DNA of 64,000 nucleotides, taken from Tubiluchus corallicola. Its lineage: Eukaryota > Animalia > Priapulida. Under the pieces are notes generated by a model. That model ran no database searches, was not told the DNA's origin, and saw only the letters and a program-made list of their open reading frames with translations. How positions within the stretch are numbered: the stretch's first letter is position 1; every line of letters starts with the position of its first letter. The stretch is taken from positions 1 through 64,000 of the forward strand of contig JAQGDQ010001025.1 in NCBI GenBank assembly GCA_030141605.1, read 5' to 3'. The translations under genes and the position numbers were made by a program. Shown here piece after piece: positions 12,801 to 35,261 of this stretch.

Positions 12801-15007
12801 GGAGCCTTTTCTGTCTTAAATCTGGCATCACAACTCAGCAGACAGTAATTTAGAAAACACAACAGGGCTCCATTCGTCGGTATGTGCAGATTTTCACAGT
12901 CCTCTTGGGCCTCTGTGCCTAAAAATAATACTAACGTAATTGTTAAATTAATATGTCCAATCATTTTATGATGGCAATAATATCTAACTGCTAGGTCGAT
13001 TTAGATTTAGATTAGATTTTAATAGATTTATTTCGCTATAAACATATACATATACATATTACATGTGCATCGATAATCAGGTTTTGTTAATACAAAAATA
13101 TGATACAATTCATGACTACTGCGCTAGAGACCTAAGAAGCTAGCTTATGGTAGGCCACTAGAATTAGTTACGAAAAAAATACAATATATACAGATACAAT
13201 ATATACAAATATAAATACGGGTGGGAAGTAATAAAAATATTATTATACTATACAAGTTTTTGAAAATGAAAAGCAACAAATCATGATTGAGTGATCAGCT
13301 ATATGTTTCAAGTAAGTTTAATTTATAATTTTTTTTTAAATATGGACAGCGAGTTGGCATTTTTAATAGCTGGAGCAATTGAATTCCATATGTAAGGGCC
13401 ATTGTATTTAATAAAAATTTTTCTGACATTTGTGTTGCACTGTATGTAGCGGTAGTGCAGCCTATAACGTGTGCCGTAATTATGTATCCCAGCATTCAAA
13501 CAAAAATAATCAGTAAATAAGGGAGGCAATAATTTATGAGAAAATTTGTACATGAAAATGGCAGTTTGGAACTTATTAATGTCGTAAATGTTTAGAAAGT
13601 TTAGTCTAGTTGGCGGTGTATGGTCCTGATAACCGGCAAATGTTATAGCTCGCACTATTTTCTTCTGAATCAGATGAATTTTTTTCAATCGACTGGAGTA
13701 TGTGCTTCCCCAAATAATGTTTGAATTATTTAGATATGGTAAAAAAAAGATAATTATATAATAATACAAGTGCTGATTTAGGCAATATGTGTCTTAACTC
13801 TGTATATAATAAATATGATTTTTGAGATTTTGCTTTCGATAAATCTAAGATGTTCTTGCCAAGTTAGGTGTTCATCTATGATGATGCAAAAAAACAAAAT
13901 CCCCAGTTTGGCAGGTCAAACTTGAAACACACCGTATGGAAAGAACCTTTTAAACAGTGGCCTTTGAATCATTGGTGAGGAGGTATGTATGAAGACAATA
14001 CGGTGCCCTAGGCTTATAGCACTTGGCCATTCCCTATTAGGGTCCGGATTTATGGTTACTCAGGGGCGTAATGACCAATAGCCTAACTAGACTATAGCCT
14101 AGGGCGCCAAAGTTTGGAGGCGTCACGTTTTAGAGAAAATTCTTGTTCTGTTCGGAAAATGTGTATACTTTCATATTCTTGTAAAATGGATATCATTTTA
14201 CACATTTTATAACACACCACAGGCAATTACATAGCGCAGCTTTTATACAAGTGCCACTTAATGAACAGGTGCAAGGTATTACACAACAAGCAGTTCGGCA
14301 GCCTCTTTGAATATATGCACCATACAAACACATGTAATTAATAACGACCACTTTGAAACTAGTTTAATAGTGGTTCTAATAAACCACAAATAATTGTTTA
14401 ACCTCCTCATTACATAAACAAACGTAAATTCACAATAGGGATGGGCGGGACAGAACTTGGGCCTACGGTGTCGTAAAGTTTTGATTGTCCCCTGTAATTA
14501 TTTATATATGAGGCGCGATACACAATTACTTGTAGTGTATTAGTAGCCGTCTTACCTAGTTTAGATGTTATAGCGAATATGTCAAAGTCTCTGGTGATGC
14601 CTACGTGATTATTGTTAATTAGCTATTGGCTAAACAAATGCACAAAGTGTATTTTATGGAAATAAGCAGTTATTATTATTATTATTATCATTGTTATTAT
14701 TATTAATATTATTATTATTATCATCATCGTCATAATCATCATCATTATTAGAACTATTGTTATTATTATTAGCTTCATGGTTTTGTTATCCTCACAGTAT
14801 AAACATCGCTAATTAATTGGGCATGCAGCTTATTTACTAATAACTAATTAGTAATAACGCCATGCATTGTGGCAAATTAAGTAACAAAAAAAATCTTGGT
14901 AAGTATAAACGAAATTTCAAAATTCGGAAGAATACCAAAAATGTAATCTCACCTGAAAATAGAAACGCCGTCAAATACAGCCAAGGTAACGTTTCACTTA
15001 AAACCAT
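295..15007 (-). CDS. 8-exon type I membrane protein with sushi/CCP-like domains; coding exons 15007-14953, 12918-12724, 10964-10701, 9742-9536, 8198-7983, 6372-6160, ~3102-2982, 469-295
   Basis: All junctions are GT-AG and phase-compatible (phase 1 between the domain exons, phase 2 after the TM exon). Signal peptide MVLSETLPWLYLTAFLFSGTEA; sushi-like exons such as TFTCAHGYSLIGSRPASCNC...W...PAC; TM segment ITWGVIASIVTLLALLLLICVI followed by KRRR; cytoplasmic tail ending NINDQR*. Confidence 0.85.
650..2625. repeat. 39-40 bp minisatellite (TTGTTACTATTCTGAAGTCACTGTAAATACCTGTTTTAAC)n, ~50 units, intronic
   Basis: Direct tandem repetition. Confidence 0.97.
3143..5928. repeat. ~36-37 bp minisatellite (GAGAGTTGCAATAGATCAGACGCACCAAAAAGAAGAA)n, intronic
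   Basis: Head-to-tail units with no unique spacers. Confidence 0.97.
6520..7260 (+). repeat. Dispersed repeat (second copy ~47415-47625), here interrupted by a MITE
   Basis: AAATTTAAACTC..GATGACCGTTA..GCAGCCATTTTG...CACTAACTAAG and GTTTTTGGT...GGTGA.TCAGTG are shared with 47418-47625. Confidence 0.6.
6673..7189. mobile_element. Tc1/mariner-pogo (Tigger-like) MITE
   Basis: TIRs CAGTCAGACTTCGGTTTTCG / CGAAAACCGAGGTATGACTG, with TA on both sides. Confidence 0.85.
9771..10240. repeat. CT-rich microsatellite
   Basis: (CT)n with interruptions; ORF 9749-10288 is an artefact of it. Confidence 0.97.
11094..12250. mobile_element. Non-autonomous DNA transposon(s) with long inverted arms and TTCGAA subterminal repeats (hAT-like)
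   Basis: 11097-11240 is the inverted complement of 12080-12250. 11270-11430 is inverted at 11560-11700. Ends resemble GGGGTGAGCAT. Confidence 0.6.
13010..13885 (-). mobile_element. LINE (CR1/L2-like) ORF2 3' fragment
   Basis: ORF 13323-13769: PYLNNSNIIWGSTY..LKKIHLIQKKIVRAI...HNYGTR..KYNGPYIWNSI..SLSIFKKKL. Simple-repeat tail near 13000-13030. Confidence 0.85.
14061..14494. mobile_element. Possible hAT-type MITE
   Basis: CAGGGGCG... and ...TCCCCTG ends; degenerate. Confidence 0.3.
14670..14770. repeat. (TTA)n/(TCA)n microsatellite
   Basis: Trinucleotide runs. Confidence 0.9.
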
Positions 15008-15774
15008 TATCAATCAAACCTCAACTTCTTACCATGGAGGAGAACAAACATTCATTACTCCAGAAACTTGATAAAGCTTCATCACTTGCTTAAGCAGCCG
15101 AGTCGACATAATTCAGCAAGTTATTGTAATATTAACAAGTGAAGTTAAGAGAAATTGTAAGCGTTTCACTTTGCTGTACCTTATTCCAGCAAATACTTCT
15201 TACGCCCGAGGCAATACAGTAACAATACAGTACAGGCAATACAACCTATCGTATCGTACGTTGACAGCCTGAGACAACAATAAAGAAAATCACTCAGTAG
15301 CATTTAAAGGAAGTAAGACTACATTTTTCCGGAAACGAGCGCGCAAGGGTCGGATTTAACACCATGACAGGATGTAACCAGTTCTCGCCACACTTGAATG
15401 ACATGGCGTATTGTTACCATCGATATTTTTATTATTGTACGAAACTTATAAAAATTGTGTTCTGTTCGCACACAGGTTGTTTCTCTAGTTATTATGGACC
15501 AAATCTCCAATGGGATAAATAACCTGTTCTTAGTATGAATTTGTGTTTTCAGTCCCAGTTTTACTGTCACTTAAACACTTACTTAACAGTGATGATTACA
15601 AGATTGAGATGTTAGCAGCAAAGTTTTTTGTCAATAAAAGGAACTCAAAAACAACAATAATTTTTGTTCACAAAACAACAAATTGATTTTTTTAAATGCA
15701 TTGTTTTATGTAGAATGCATGAGGATACTAAACCAAACGTCTAGGTTTATTGTGTTTGTACATTGTATGTATTC

Positions 15775-16002
15775 TATTGTATTGTATTGTGCTGTACTGT
15801 GTATTGTATTGTACTGTATCGTATCGTGCTGTACTGTACTGTATCGTATCGTATTGTACTGTATTGTATTGTACTGTATCGTATCGTACTGTACTGTATT
15901 GTATTGTATCATATTGTACTGTACTGTATTGTACTGTACTGTACCGTACTGTAATGTACTGTATCGTATCGTGTCGGATCGCATTGTACTGTACTTATTG
16001 TA
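15775..16002. repeat. Pentanucleotide microsatellite (TATTG/TACTG/TATCG)n
   Basis: Visible tandem 5-mers; source of spurious ORFs. Confidence 0.95.
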
Positions 16003-17094
16003 TTCATCAATAAACTTATTAAACTTTCTGCAATATTTATCCAGATGCGTATTTTAGGCTTGCTCATTTCTCCACAAGAAATACATATATACAAACGGAA
16101 TCTTGAATTGAAACACGCAATCAACATTAAGATTCTTGCCGTCTAATTTATTGTCATTACATAATACTCTGTATAGTAAATACCAAATGTTTTTGCAGAG
16201 CTGCTTCTGTGTGGAATGCCTTACTCGCTGCAGGTGTTAACGTAACGGCATAAAATACTGGGCAAACCATCTCGATTGTTTCACTAGCCCACGTACAACC
16301 GACATTGTAAAAACTATAAGGGATGAGTTCTGCAGGGCAAATGTCGAATCTTTTTCCAGAGTTGCTTTTATTTGGAATATTCTACTAAGCGCCAACATGG
16401 TCTTCCCTTAGAAAGATGCAACTTGTGACAGTTAAAAGAAGAACAATGTAAATCTTTGGTCCATCTCTCCTCGGTGGCAGATTTTGATAGCGCCTCAGTC
16501 AGGTCTGGCTGGACAAATTACTGAACGGATGACCATTGGTGTTTTAACATTAAAATTAGTTTCATCCACCCCGACTTCACTCTATTTGAGGACAATTGTT
16601 AGGCTATCCAAACGTGATTATATATATATGTCACCCCTGCTGGTTCATTGTCCCATCTCAGAATATCTTGGTAGTGGACCAGGTTCCACTCTGCAATATA
16701 CTCTCTACGTTGGTGGTTCCCTACCTTTTTGGCCCACGCCCCACTTGGCTTTTAGCCAAAACACTAAGCATTTGTTTCTTCCGGCACTTTGACGCGTAAC
16801 AAATAGAGAACAAGGAAAGAAAGTTCTACTAACATTAAAGGCGCATTCGCACTAACGAGTTTTCTCACCAAGTAACTCCTCTAAGTCACTCTCTTCATAA
16901 CTCGCAAAGTAGTTCACACTTCGAGTTTGCTGTCAGAGAGAAAGTCTGAATGCGTCGTTGTTGAGACTTTGACGTAATCCTCTACTAATTTTAAAGATGG
17001 CAACAAGAAGAAAAACAAGAGACCCTTTTTATTCAACGAAATTTGTGTGTTTTACTTTTTTACCTTTTTTGCGAATTAGGAAACATTCATAAGT

Positions 17095-17620
17095 TTATTT
17101 ATCATCATTACAACCAAAAGGATGGATTACAGTACAGCATAAAATTGCAATAAAAATTTTAAAAAGAATAAGCAAGGTAGAACATAGAACAAGCACTATT
17201 ACAATGTTACAAGATACATGAATGAAATAAATTAAATTGAAAGTCATGTGAGTTAAACCTGTTCTTGAATCTCTCTGTTCTGCATCTAGGTAAGAGGAAA
17301 AGAGGTACTTCAAATGGTGGCGAGTTCTGTATCTATGACCATGGGCATCTGGCAACAGAGTGTGCATTTTATTATTAGGATTTTGAATTGACAAGAACAA
17401 CCTGTTGCAAAAATTTTGGCAACAGTTAAGTAGAGGTTGAAGATTAGCCAAAATTAGAGCATTTGCATAGTTTTCATTTGAAATTTTTTTCAATGAACGC
17501 TTTTGAACTGTTTCTAAAAAAATGAGAGAGCTTCTGGGAAAGAGAAGAGTACCATGCTTGACAAGCGTCTTCAACAAGTGGCTTAATCCACTGGCAACCA
17601 CTGAATATTTCAACATGCTC
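17095..17620 (-). mobile_element. LINE (L2-like) ORF2 3' fragment
   Basis: LETVQKRSLKKI..NYANALILANLQPL...LFLSIQNPNNKMHTLLP..RYRTR resembles an RT C-terminal region. Confidence 0.75.
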
Positions 17621-18826
17621 AGCTACTGAAGTTAAACAAACATACAAAAGTTTATATTTAAGCTTGATAAAATCCTAAACAAAAAATATCTTTTGCTTAC
17701 TAACAGCCTAAATTACTGCAGTTCAATCTTGATCCATTCACGGTAAGCATGTGACCACTGACAACAGACTGTGTGAGTGACAGTACTTTCTCTATCTGGG
17801 CCCAGACATGTGCACATGGTCGCATGCGCACAACAGCCAAACTCCCCGTTGCTAGAGTGCACAGTGCTGGGCTGTGAAGCAAACAGTACTAAGTTCACAT
17901 GCTCTGATTCTGTACAAGTGTAAATGAAGAATTAAAGAAAAAAGACTTATTATGTGGAATATTATCGATAATATGGAGTGAAAATAGGGGGTGCTGCCTG
18001 TACACCAGCCGCCATTGAAAGCAGGTGTTTCAGTCTTGATACGTTTTTAAAAATAAGTCTTTTAGCTCCTGAAAGTCGTTATGTACAATATTATTTTTAC
18101 CTAGTAGTCTAAGCATTCAATTGAAAAAAATGCTATTAGCTTTATTATGAAATTTATAGAGAAGTGTGATATTTAAAGGGACATCAACTTGTGCCTTTGC
18201 ATAACCATTTACTATACTATTTATAATATCAAAATATCAAAGTAATTATTGGACTAGTAGAAGTTTGTATTATTGAACTACGAGTACCTATTTCATAAAC
18301 TACTTTTTCCTTGCTAAGTTAAGTTTCTACTTTTCTAAGTGGTGTAGGAATTATTGATTCCTCTGATGTAAATGTATGGTACTTGTTGCTGTTTTTTTAG
18401 ATCAACTTTTTTCTATTTTCTAAAATAAAGTATCACAGTATTATATATATTGGGATTTTTTTGAGTTGCTGTAAACGTTATATTAACAGACAGTCTTGAA
18501 ACTTGGAATGTGGTAAACATTATGCTGCACGATCAGAATTAAGTACAAGAATATTGTACCAAAAGACACTGTAGTTAATTTAACAAGTTTATAACGAAAC
18601 GTTCTGATGGTATTATTCGGAATATAACTTTTGATCCAGAATTGAGCTGCATTGTTGCTGCACATTTCACTCTAGCTCTTCTACAACGTGCATACAGAGT
18701 ACAGTACTAACCCTTGAATCATGAAAACATCTTTGCAAAGAAGCTCCATTAATAGACGCAAAGCCTTTAGAATGCATTAAAATGAGATTCAATTGTTTGT
18801 GTCGCTTATGCTGCTCGTTACATTAA

Positions 18827-19576
18827 TATAGGTTTTACACGTCAAATGTAGACACAGGAAAGTTCAAATGTGACTTAGGTAAGTCAAATGTACTCATAAG
18901 AATTTCGAATGTGTTTTGGTAACTCAAATGTGACTTAGGTAAGTCAAATGTACACATTGGAATTTCGAATGTGTTTTGGTAACTCAAATGTGACTTAGGT
19001 AAGTCAAATGTACACATAGGAATTTCGAATGTGTTTTGGTAACTCAAATGTGACATACGTAAGTCAAATGTACACATATACACATAGGATTTCGAATGTG
19101 TTTTGGTAACTCAAATGTGACTTAGGTAAGTGAAATGTACACATTGGAATTTCGAATGCGTTTTGGTAACTCAAATGTGACTTAGGTAAGTCAAATATAG
19201 ATGCATTACTTTGAATAAATCGGGAACTAAGTTATTTAAGTGCAAATTAGAAAAAGATAAACCAAAGATAGTGCATCTATTAGTAGGCCTATAACGTTGT
19301 TATTTTAACTTAGGAGCAATTATTAAATTGAAATTAAAGAAGATTAAATTTAACATCCTTAAACATTAACACCTATCCACATTTGAGATACCAATGTCAT
19401 ATTTGACTTGACATGTGTCTACATTCGACTTACCAAAAGCGCTCAAGATTTCTTGAAAACCATTGTTAACACATTTGAACTACCTAAGTCTACATTTGAG
19501 TTACCAAGACACATTTGAATTACCTAAATCTACATTTGAGTTAACGTAGGTCTATATTTGACATGTAAAACCTATA
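18827..19576. mobile_element. MITE with ~27-bp TIRs and internal 60-bp tandem subterminal repeats
   Basis: TATAGGTTTTACACGTCAAATGTAGAC matches the reverse complement of GTCTATATTTGACATGTAAAACCTATA. About 5.5 copies of a 60-mer at 18863-19200; the TCAAATGT motif is inverted on the right arm. Confidence 0.85.
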
Positions 19577-20496
19577 AAGCAATTTGGATTACTTTGTTTA
19601 CGCTATTCATGTTTGCGTAAAATTAGTTTAAATACCCACATAAACTATTGTACACTTTATTTTACAACATTAAAAAATGAATTTAAATGATCTTAAATTC
19701 TTTATGTAAATTAAATTCACTAATAATCTCAACTGAATGCTACCGCCACTACTAAATACTATATAAATTAAATACTAATGAGCAATTCACTGTGAATCCG
19801 GTTATTACAATGCCTCATTTATATACATACAGATAATTTGCGTCACGCTGTACAAATTCTACAGTAAGCATAGCAGCCCAAAAGTATGTTATGGAGGTAA
19901 GGTACACCTTTTGTATATCTTTAGACTTTAATATTATGCAATAATGAAAGCTAATCCTAAAGAATTTTAAGATACTTTTCTTTCAACTCTTTTTTCATGA
20001 CTAAACATACATGTTTATCCGCTTTTGCTAGCTACAAGCGGAAAATTAATTTTTTTTAATCCTTTGCTCTAGGTCCCCTAACATTAATTTTAAATAAGTA
20101 ATGGTTAAATTATTATTTAAAGATAGTCACGTGTGTCTCTTCTTTCCCATTATTGAACATTATTTTATTATAAACTAACACATTCGTATAATAATTCAAT
20201 TTTCGTTCGTCTTAAATGCAAAATCTGATAATTTTTAATTACCTGGTACATGCGCATTAACTAATTAATTATATTAGTAACAATCCTGAGAGGGTGGCTG
20301 ACCTCGATAACTTACAGTTCTTTCGCCACCCTTTCACCACTAATCAATAATTACTTTTGCACTTTCTAATATTATTGCATATTGTACAGATTTATAAATC
20401 TCTTAGTTATGTATTTTGCTATTTTAAAAATGGTGATAAACTAATAAACTTACTTACTTACTTACTTAGTACTGTAAAGTTTTATATTAATCAAAG

Positions 20497-30988
<10,492 letters not shown>

Positions 30989-31303
30989 GTTACCCGGTCA
31001 CTTAGTACTGTCACGATCGAGTATAACGTAGTAATGAGTTTTGTCAGAAGTGGTTATCACATTATAATTGCAAATGATAAATAATAATTTGTTTTGAAAC
31101 TGAATTAGCATAAATAATGTAATCTATGTAGACCATATTACATATAACAGTGATATACAAGCCCGTCTTGACAATGAATGTTTGTCGTCTATGTTAATGG
31201 TCCAGTAGTTTGCTAAAGTATTCAATAACTGCCAAACTGTAGGTTTTTCCGGTTGAAATTTAACTAATTAGTGAACGTTAAACGTTTGGCACTGATACAA
31301 ATA

Positions 31304-31885
31304 CAGGGTGTCCATAAAGTCTGGGTACATAGCAAAACAATTTTATTCAATTTGGATGTTGATAAATAATATTTTCAACACGATTTCCATCATTTTCAAT
31401 GCATAATTTGATGCGTTTTACAAAATTCATGTGAACTCGATGGAATAGATCCGCATTGCCGTCGATTTCAGCACACTGACTGGTAATGCGTTCTCTTAAT
31501 TTTGTGAATTGTCGACCTTGGAATACCCAACTCTGCGGATGTCCGACGAAGTGATTTCCTTGGGCTAGCATAAACCTTGGCCAAGACAGCCTCTCTCGTT
31601 CGTCTAAAGTCTTGAGGCGTCCAGAACGAGGTTTGTCCAAGACACTGCCTGTTTCTTTAAACTTCTTGACCAATTTCCCGACGGCAGTAAAACAAATACG
31701 TTGACGATTAGGGTGTCGAAGGTTAAATTCTTCCGCAATTTTACGATAAGACCATCCTTCTCGTCCACTTAAGAGTACCAAATCGATTCTTCCTTCCTTA
31801 GACAAAGCCATTTTCTTTCTGAGGAGAAAAAATAAAAACAAATAAATACATAGTAAAATCCCCCATGTACCCAGACTTATAGACT
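31304..31885 (-). mobile_element. Internally deleted Tc1/mariner-superfamily element (DUF4817-type HTH fused to the transposase C-terminus)
   Basis: TA|CAGGGTGTCCATAAAGTCTGGGTACAT and ATGTACCCAGACTTATAGAC. SYRKIAEEFNLRHP...LVKKFKETGSVLDKPRSGR followed by LRERI...FVKRIKLCIENDG..VE. Confidence 0.88.
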
Positions 31886-32404
31886 GTTTGTGCAGCTGCG
31901 TTGAAAAAGCATTATTAAAGTTACAGATTTTTTAAAATAGTCTGTCTAGATTATATTCACAATAACTGTATAACCAAACAAATTATGTACTTCGCTTAGA
32001 TTGGTTCATGGTCACACCCTGCTTTAATTTGCTGCCATTAATGCTGCACAAAAAGATCTTCAAGAATTAATATGGGTCAACGTTCCGTAGGCCATTACAG
32101 GCGTAGTTTATCATTGTCACTTTTTTTTCAATTAGCAGCCAGAAGGAAGTTTTTAACTATTGTTGTACTACACATGATACTGTAACGCGGCTAGGGGTTC
32201 ACGTAACAGAAAGGTGTGCAGATGATGGTACTTTGCACCAATGGCTTGGGTTCGTCTGCCTGTTAAGCCTAAGGCACACTTCAGCACAAATTAGTTCTTG
32301 AAGTTTATAGCAGGAAAACTGACATTGGAGAAATGTTGGCTTTGATAGACAATTTTGATTTATTTATTTAATTGCTTTATCATGGTTCAGGGCTTATAAT
32401 TAGC

Positions 32405-32740
32405 AGCTCTTGAGATAACAGAGCTTGTTAGCAACTCTTGTGTTAGCAGTGTTTGTTAGCAACTTTTGTGTTAACAGAGTTTGTTAGCAACTCTTGTGTT
32501 AACAGAGTTTGTTAGCAACTCTTGTGTTAGCAGTTTGTTAGCAACTCTTGTGTTAACAGAGTTTGTTAGCAACTCTTGTGTTAACAGAGTTTGTTAGCAA
32601 CTCTTGTGTTAGCAACTCTTGTGTTAACAGAGTTTGTTAGCAACTCTTGTGTTAACAGAGTTTGTTAGCAACTCTTGTGTTAGCAGAGTTTGTTAGCAAC
32701 TCTTGTGGTAGCAGAGTTTGTTATCAGGCCTTGTGGTAGC
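32405..32740. repeat. ~28-bp minisatellite (AGAGTTTGTTAGCAACTCTTGTGTTAAC)n
   Basis: About 11 tandem units. Confidence 0.93.
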
Positions 32741-33448
32741 AGACCTTATCAGCAGCGAATGTCTCTTCCTCTGGATCTGTCGTCCTTAAATACTACTCTG
32801 GACAGATGACATGAGCCACCTACACACTGCTGTCTGGTTACTGTCTTGTTAACACGGGCGGATCACGTGCATAGACCTTAATAGGCAGTATACTGAATCA
32901 TGCGCTCAGCTCTGCAGGCTCTTGATTGGTTGTTGGCGTAGTTGTTTTCACATTCGGGTCCTTGTCATGAAAACTTCCTTTGATGCACGTGTGTTTATAT
33001 CGCTGGTAAAGCGTAGTGTAATTATTGTCATCAGTTAGTTTAATTTAATGTTTTTATTATAGGCACCGCATACCTGTGCCACAATACAATTTTCACTAGG
33101 TTAATAGTAACAGTGACCTAACCTGAACCACATTTTAACTTACATTTTCTCTTAGCGTCTTTTCTTAAGTCCGTAAACATAACTTTTGTTTTAGAAGTCG
33201 CGGTTTTGCGCATTTAGATGTCTGAGATGTTTGCTCTAACAAGACGTAATCAGAAAGCATTGCTGTTTTATGTATTGTTGTTAATAATTGCTGCTTACGT
33301 TCTTCTCTACAAACCTGCTTATTATCGAAATCAAGGAACAGTAATGAAGTTTCTGTGAAAAGGCATCAGACATTTTCTGATTATGGGCCATACAGTAAAG
33401 AGAACCTGTTAAATTATACTAAGAGCAGTAGATTATGATAAATAATTA

Positions 33449-33829
33449 TGTTGATAAGATGGTCGCATAATGAAGCCAGTGAAGAAGTGGTACCACGTGA
33501 TGACGTGGGCAGAGAATTAAGCCAGTTGTCAGGCTGCGCACGCATATAAGAGGCAGACAGCCCCAGCCCGGCAGGAGAGTTGAGTCTGACATTGGACCTG
33601 GAAGCTGGAGCGTCTCACTCGCTAGATCAGGTGCCTTGGCATTGCTATATATACTATACTTATTGTGTCGATATTTAATAAACGTGTTATTTTATAAATA
33701 AAGTCTTAATAGCTCTGCCATTCCTCAAACATCTATAAACAGCTACACACGGTTCACACAACATACTATCCACTATACAAACAGAATGAACTTTACTGGT
33801 TCCGTGACCAGGATTCGAACCTGGGTTAC
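33449..33829 (+). mobile_element. LTR-like segment followed by a 33-nt complement of the tRNA-His 3' end (33797-33829)
   Basis: Starts TGTTG; TATA-like and AATAAA motifs; then TGGTTCCGTGACCAGGATTCGAACCTGGGTTAC. Confidence 0.7.
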
Positions 33830-33970
33830 GATAAAGAAGAAACTTTGTTATTTGTAGGCATTATGCGTGCGCCTGTTTACGTAGATAGACGTGATGCAGT
33901 GCGCTCCACCTGGATGAAGTGGTGTAAAGGCTTTGACGATGTCGTATGTGTTTTTATCGTTCCTGTGCTT

Positions 33971-34602
33971 GACACCTGTGGAAATAGAGAGAACGATACA
34001 GTTTTAAATCCTTTAGTTGAAGAATCAAAACTAAATGATGACATCATTCTGGCAGAGACACCCAGTGGAATAAATTTTGCCAAACGTATCACTTGGATGA
34101 TGGACTGGGCTTCACAACGATATGATTTGACACCTGTGGAAATAGAGAGAACGATACAGTTTTAAATCCTTTAGTTGAAGAATCAAAACTAAATGATGAC
34201 ATCATTCTGGCAGAGACACCCAGTGGAATAAATTTTGCCAAAGGTATCACTTGGATAATGGACTGGGCTTCACAACGATATGATTTGACACCTGTGGAAA
34301 TAGAGAGAACGATACAGTTTTAAATCCTTTAGTTGAAGAATCAAAACTAAATGATGACATCATTCTGGCAGAGACACCCAGTGGAATAAATTTTGCCAAA
34401 GGTATCACTTGGATAATGGACTGGGCTTCACAACGATATGATTTGACACCTGTGGAAATAGAGAGACCGATACAGTTTTAAATCCTTTAGTTGAAGAATC
34501 AAAACTAAATGATGACATCATTCTGGCAGAGACACCCAGTGGAATAAATTTTGCCAAAGGTATCACTTGGATGATGGACTGGGCTTCACAACGATATGAT
34601 TT
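33971..34602 (+). repeat. 4 x 158-bp tandem duplication of GT31 coding sequence
   Basis: GACACCTGTGG starts at 33971, 34129, 34287 and 34445. Confidence 0.97.
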
Positions 34603-34792
34603 TAAATATTTTCTACGAATAGACGATGATGCATTTTTGTGCGTACAGAAGCTAAGAGCGGAACTCGCAGTGTTGCCTTATGCAAAAGTAAACTGGGGTT
34701 TTCGAAGATGCGAAAAAGCTATAGGTAAGTAAACACGATAGCTTTTGCAGTCTACAATTCCGAATACGATGCCTAGTTCATTACCAAGTTAA

Positions 34793-35261
34793 CCGTTTCA
34801 GTCACAAATTATTTTTTTAATAAAAAAGAATTTTTTGATTTGGTACTTTTGTTCAGTATGTCCATCTTGTTTACACATAATAATTATTTTTTGTACCTGT
34901 GTCCGCGTGCTAAATATAGCCTGTATCCCACGAGATACATTGGGATTCAATGGAAGCATAAAATGTGCTTTATTTTGCAACTGCTGATAATTTAGTATCA
35001 TCATGAAGTATTTAAGACATTTAGTATGCATGCTATACTGATCTGTACAAAGTCGTCTCTAAAGTACTGTACCTTGCGCAGTTTTTTATGCTATGTAGAT
35101 TTTCTAGTTTGTCATTTTATCACCATTTTAGTCTATTGTTATTGGCTTAAATCAAAATAACTATTAACAGATCAAATAACCGTCAGTTTTAAAATTTTAT
35201 TATTAATTTTAAAGGCAGAAAATATTCTCGTATCCCACGGGATACAACCGGTATGAAAGGG
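34793..35261 (-). mobile_element. piggyBac-like MITE, copy 2
   Basis: TTAA-flanked reverse complement of 29560-30008. Confidence 0.9.

Noticed and set aside
16484-16799. ORFs in a relatively GC-rich patch
   Set aside because: No recognisable motif or splice context; probably a decayed repeat.
17790-17905. Degenerate PHD-finger-like translation (MVACAQQPNSPLLEC)
   Set aside because: Too short and degenerate to support.
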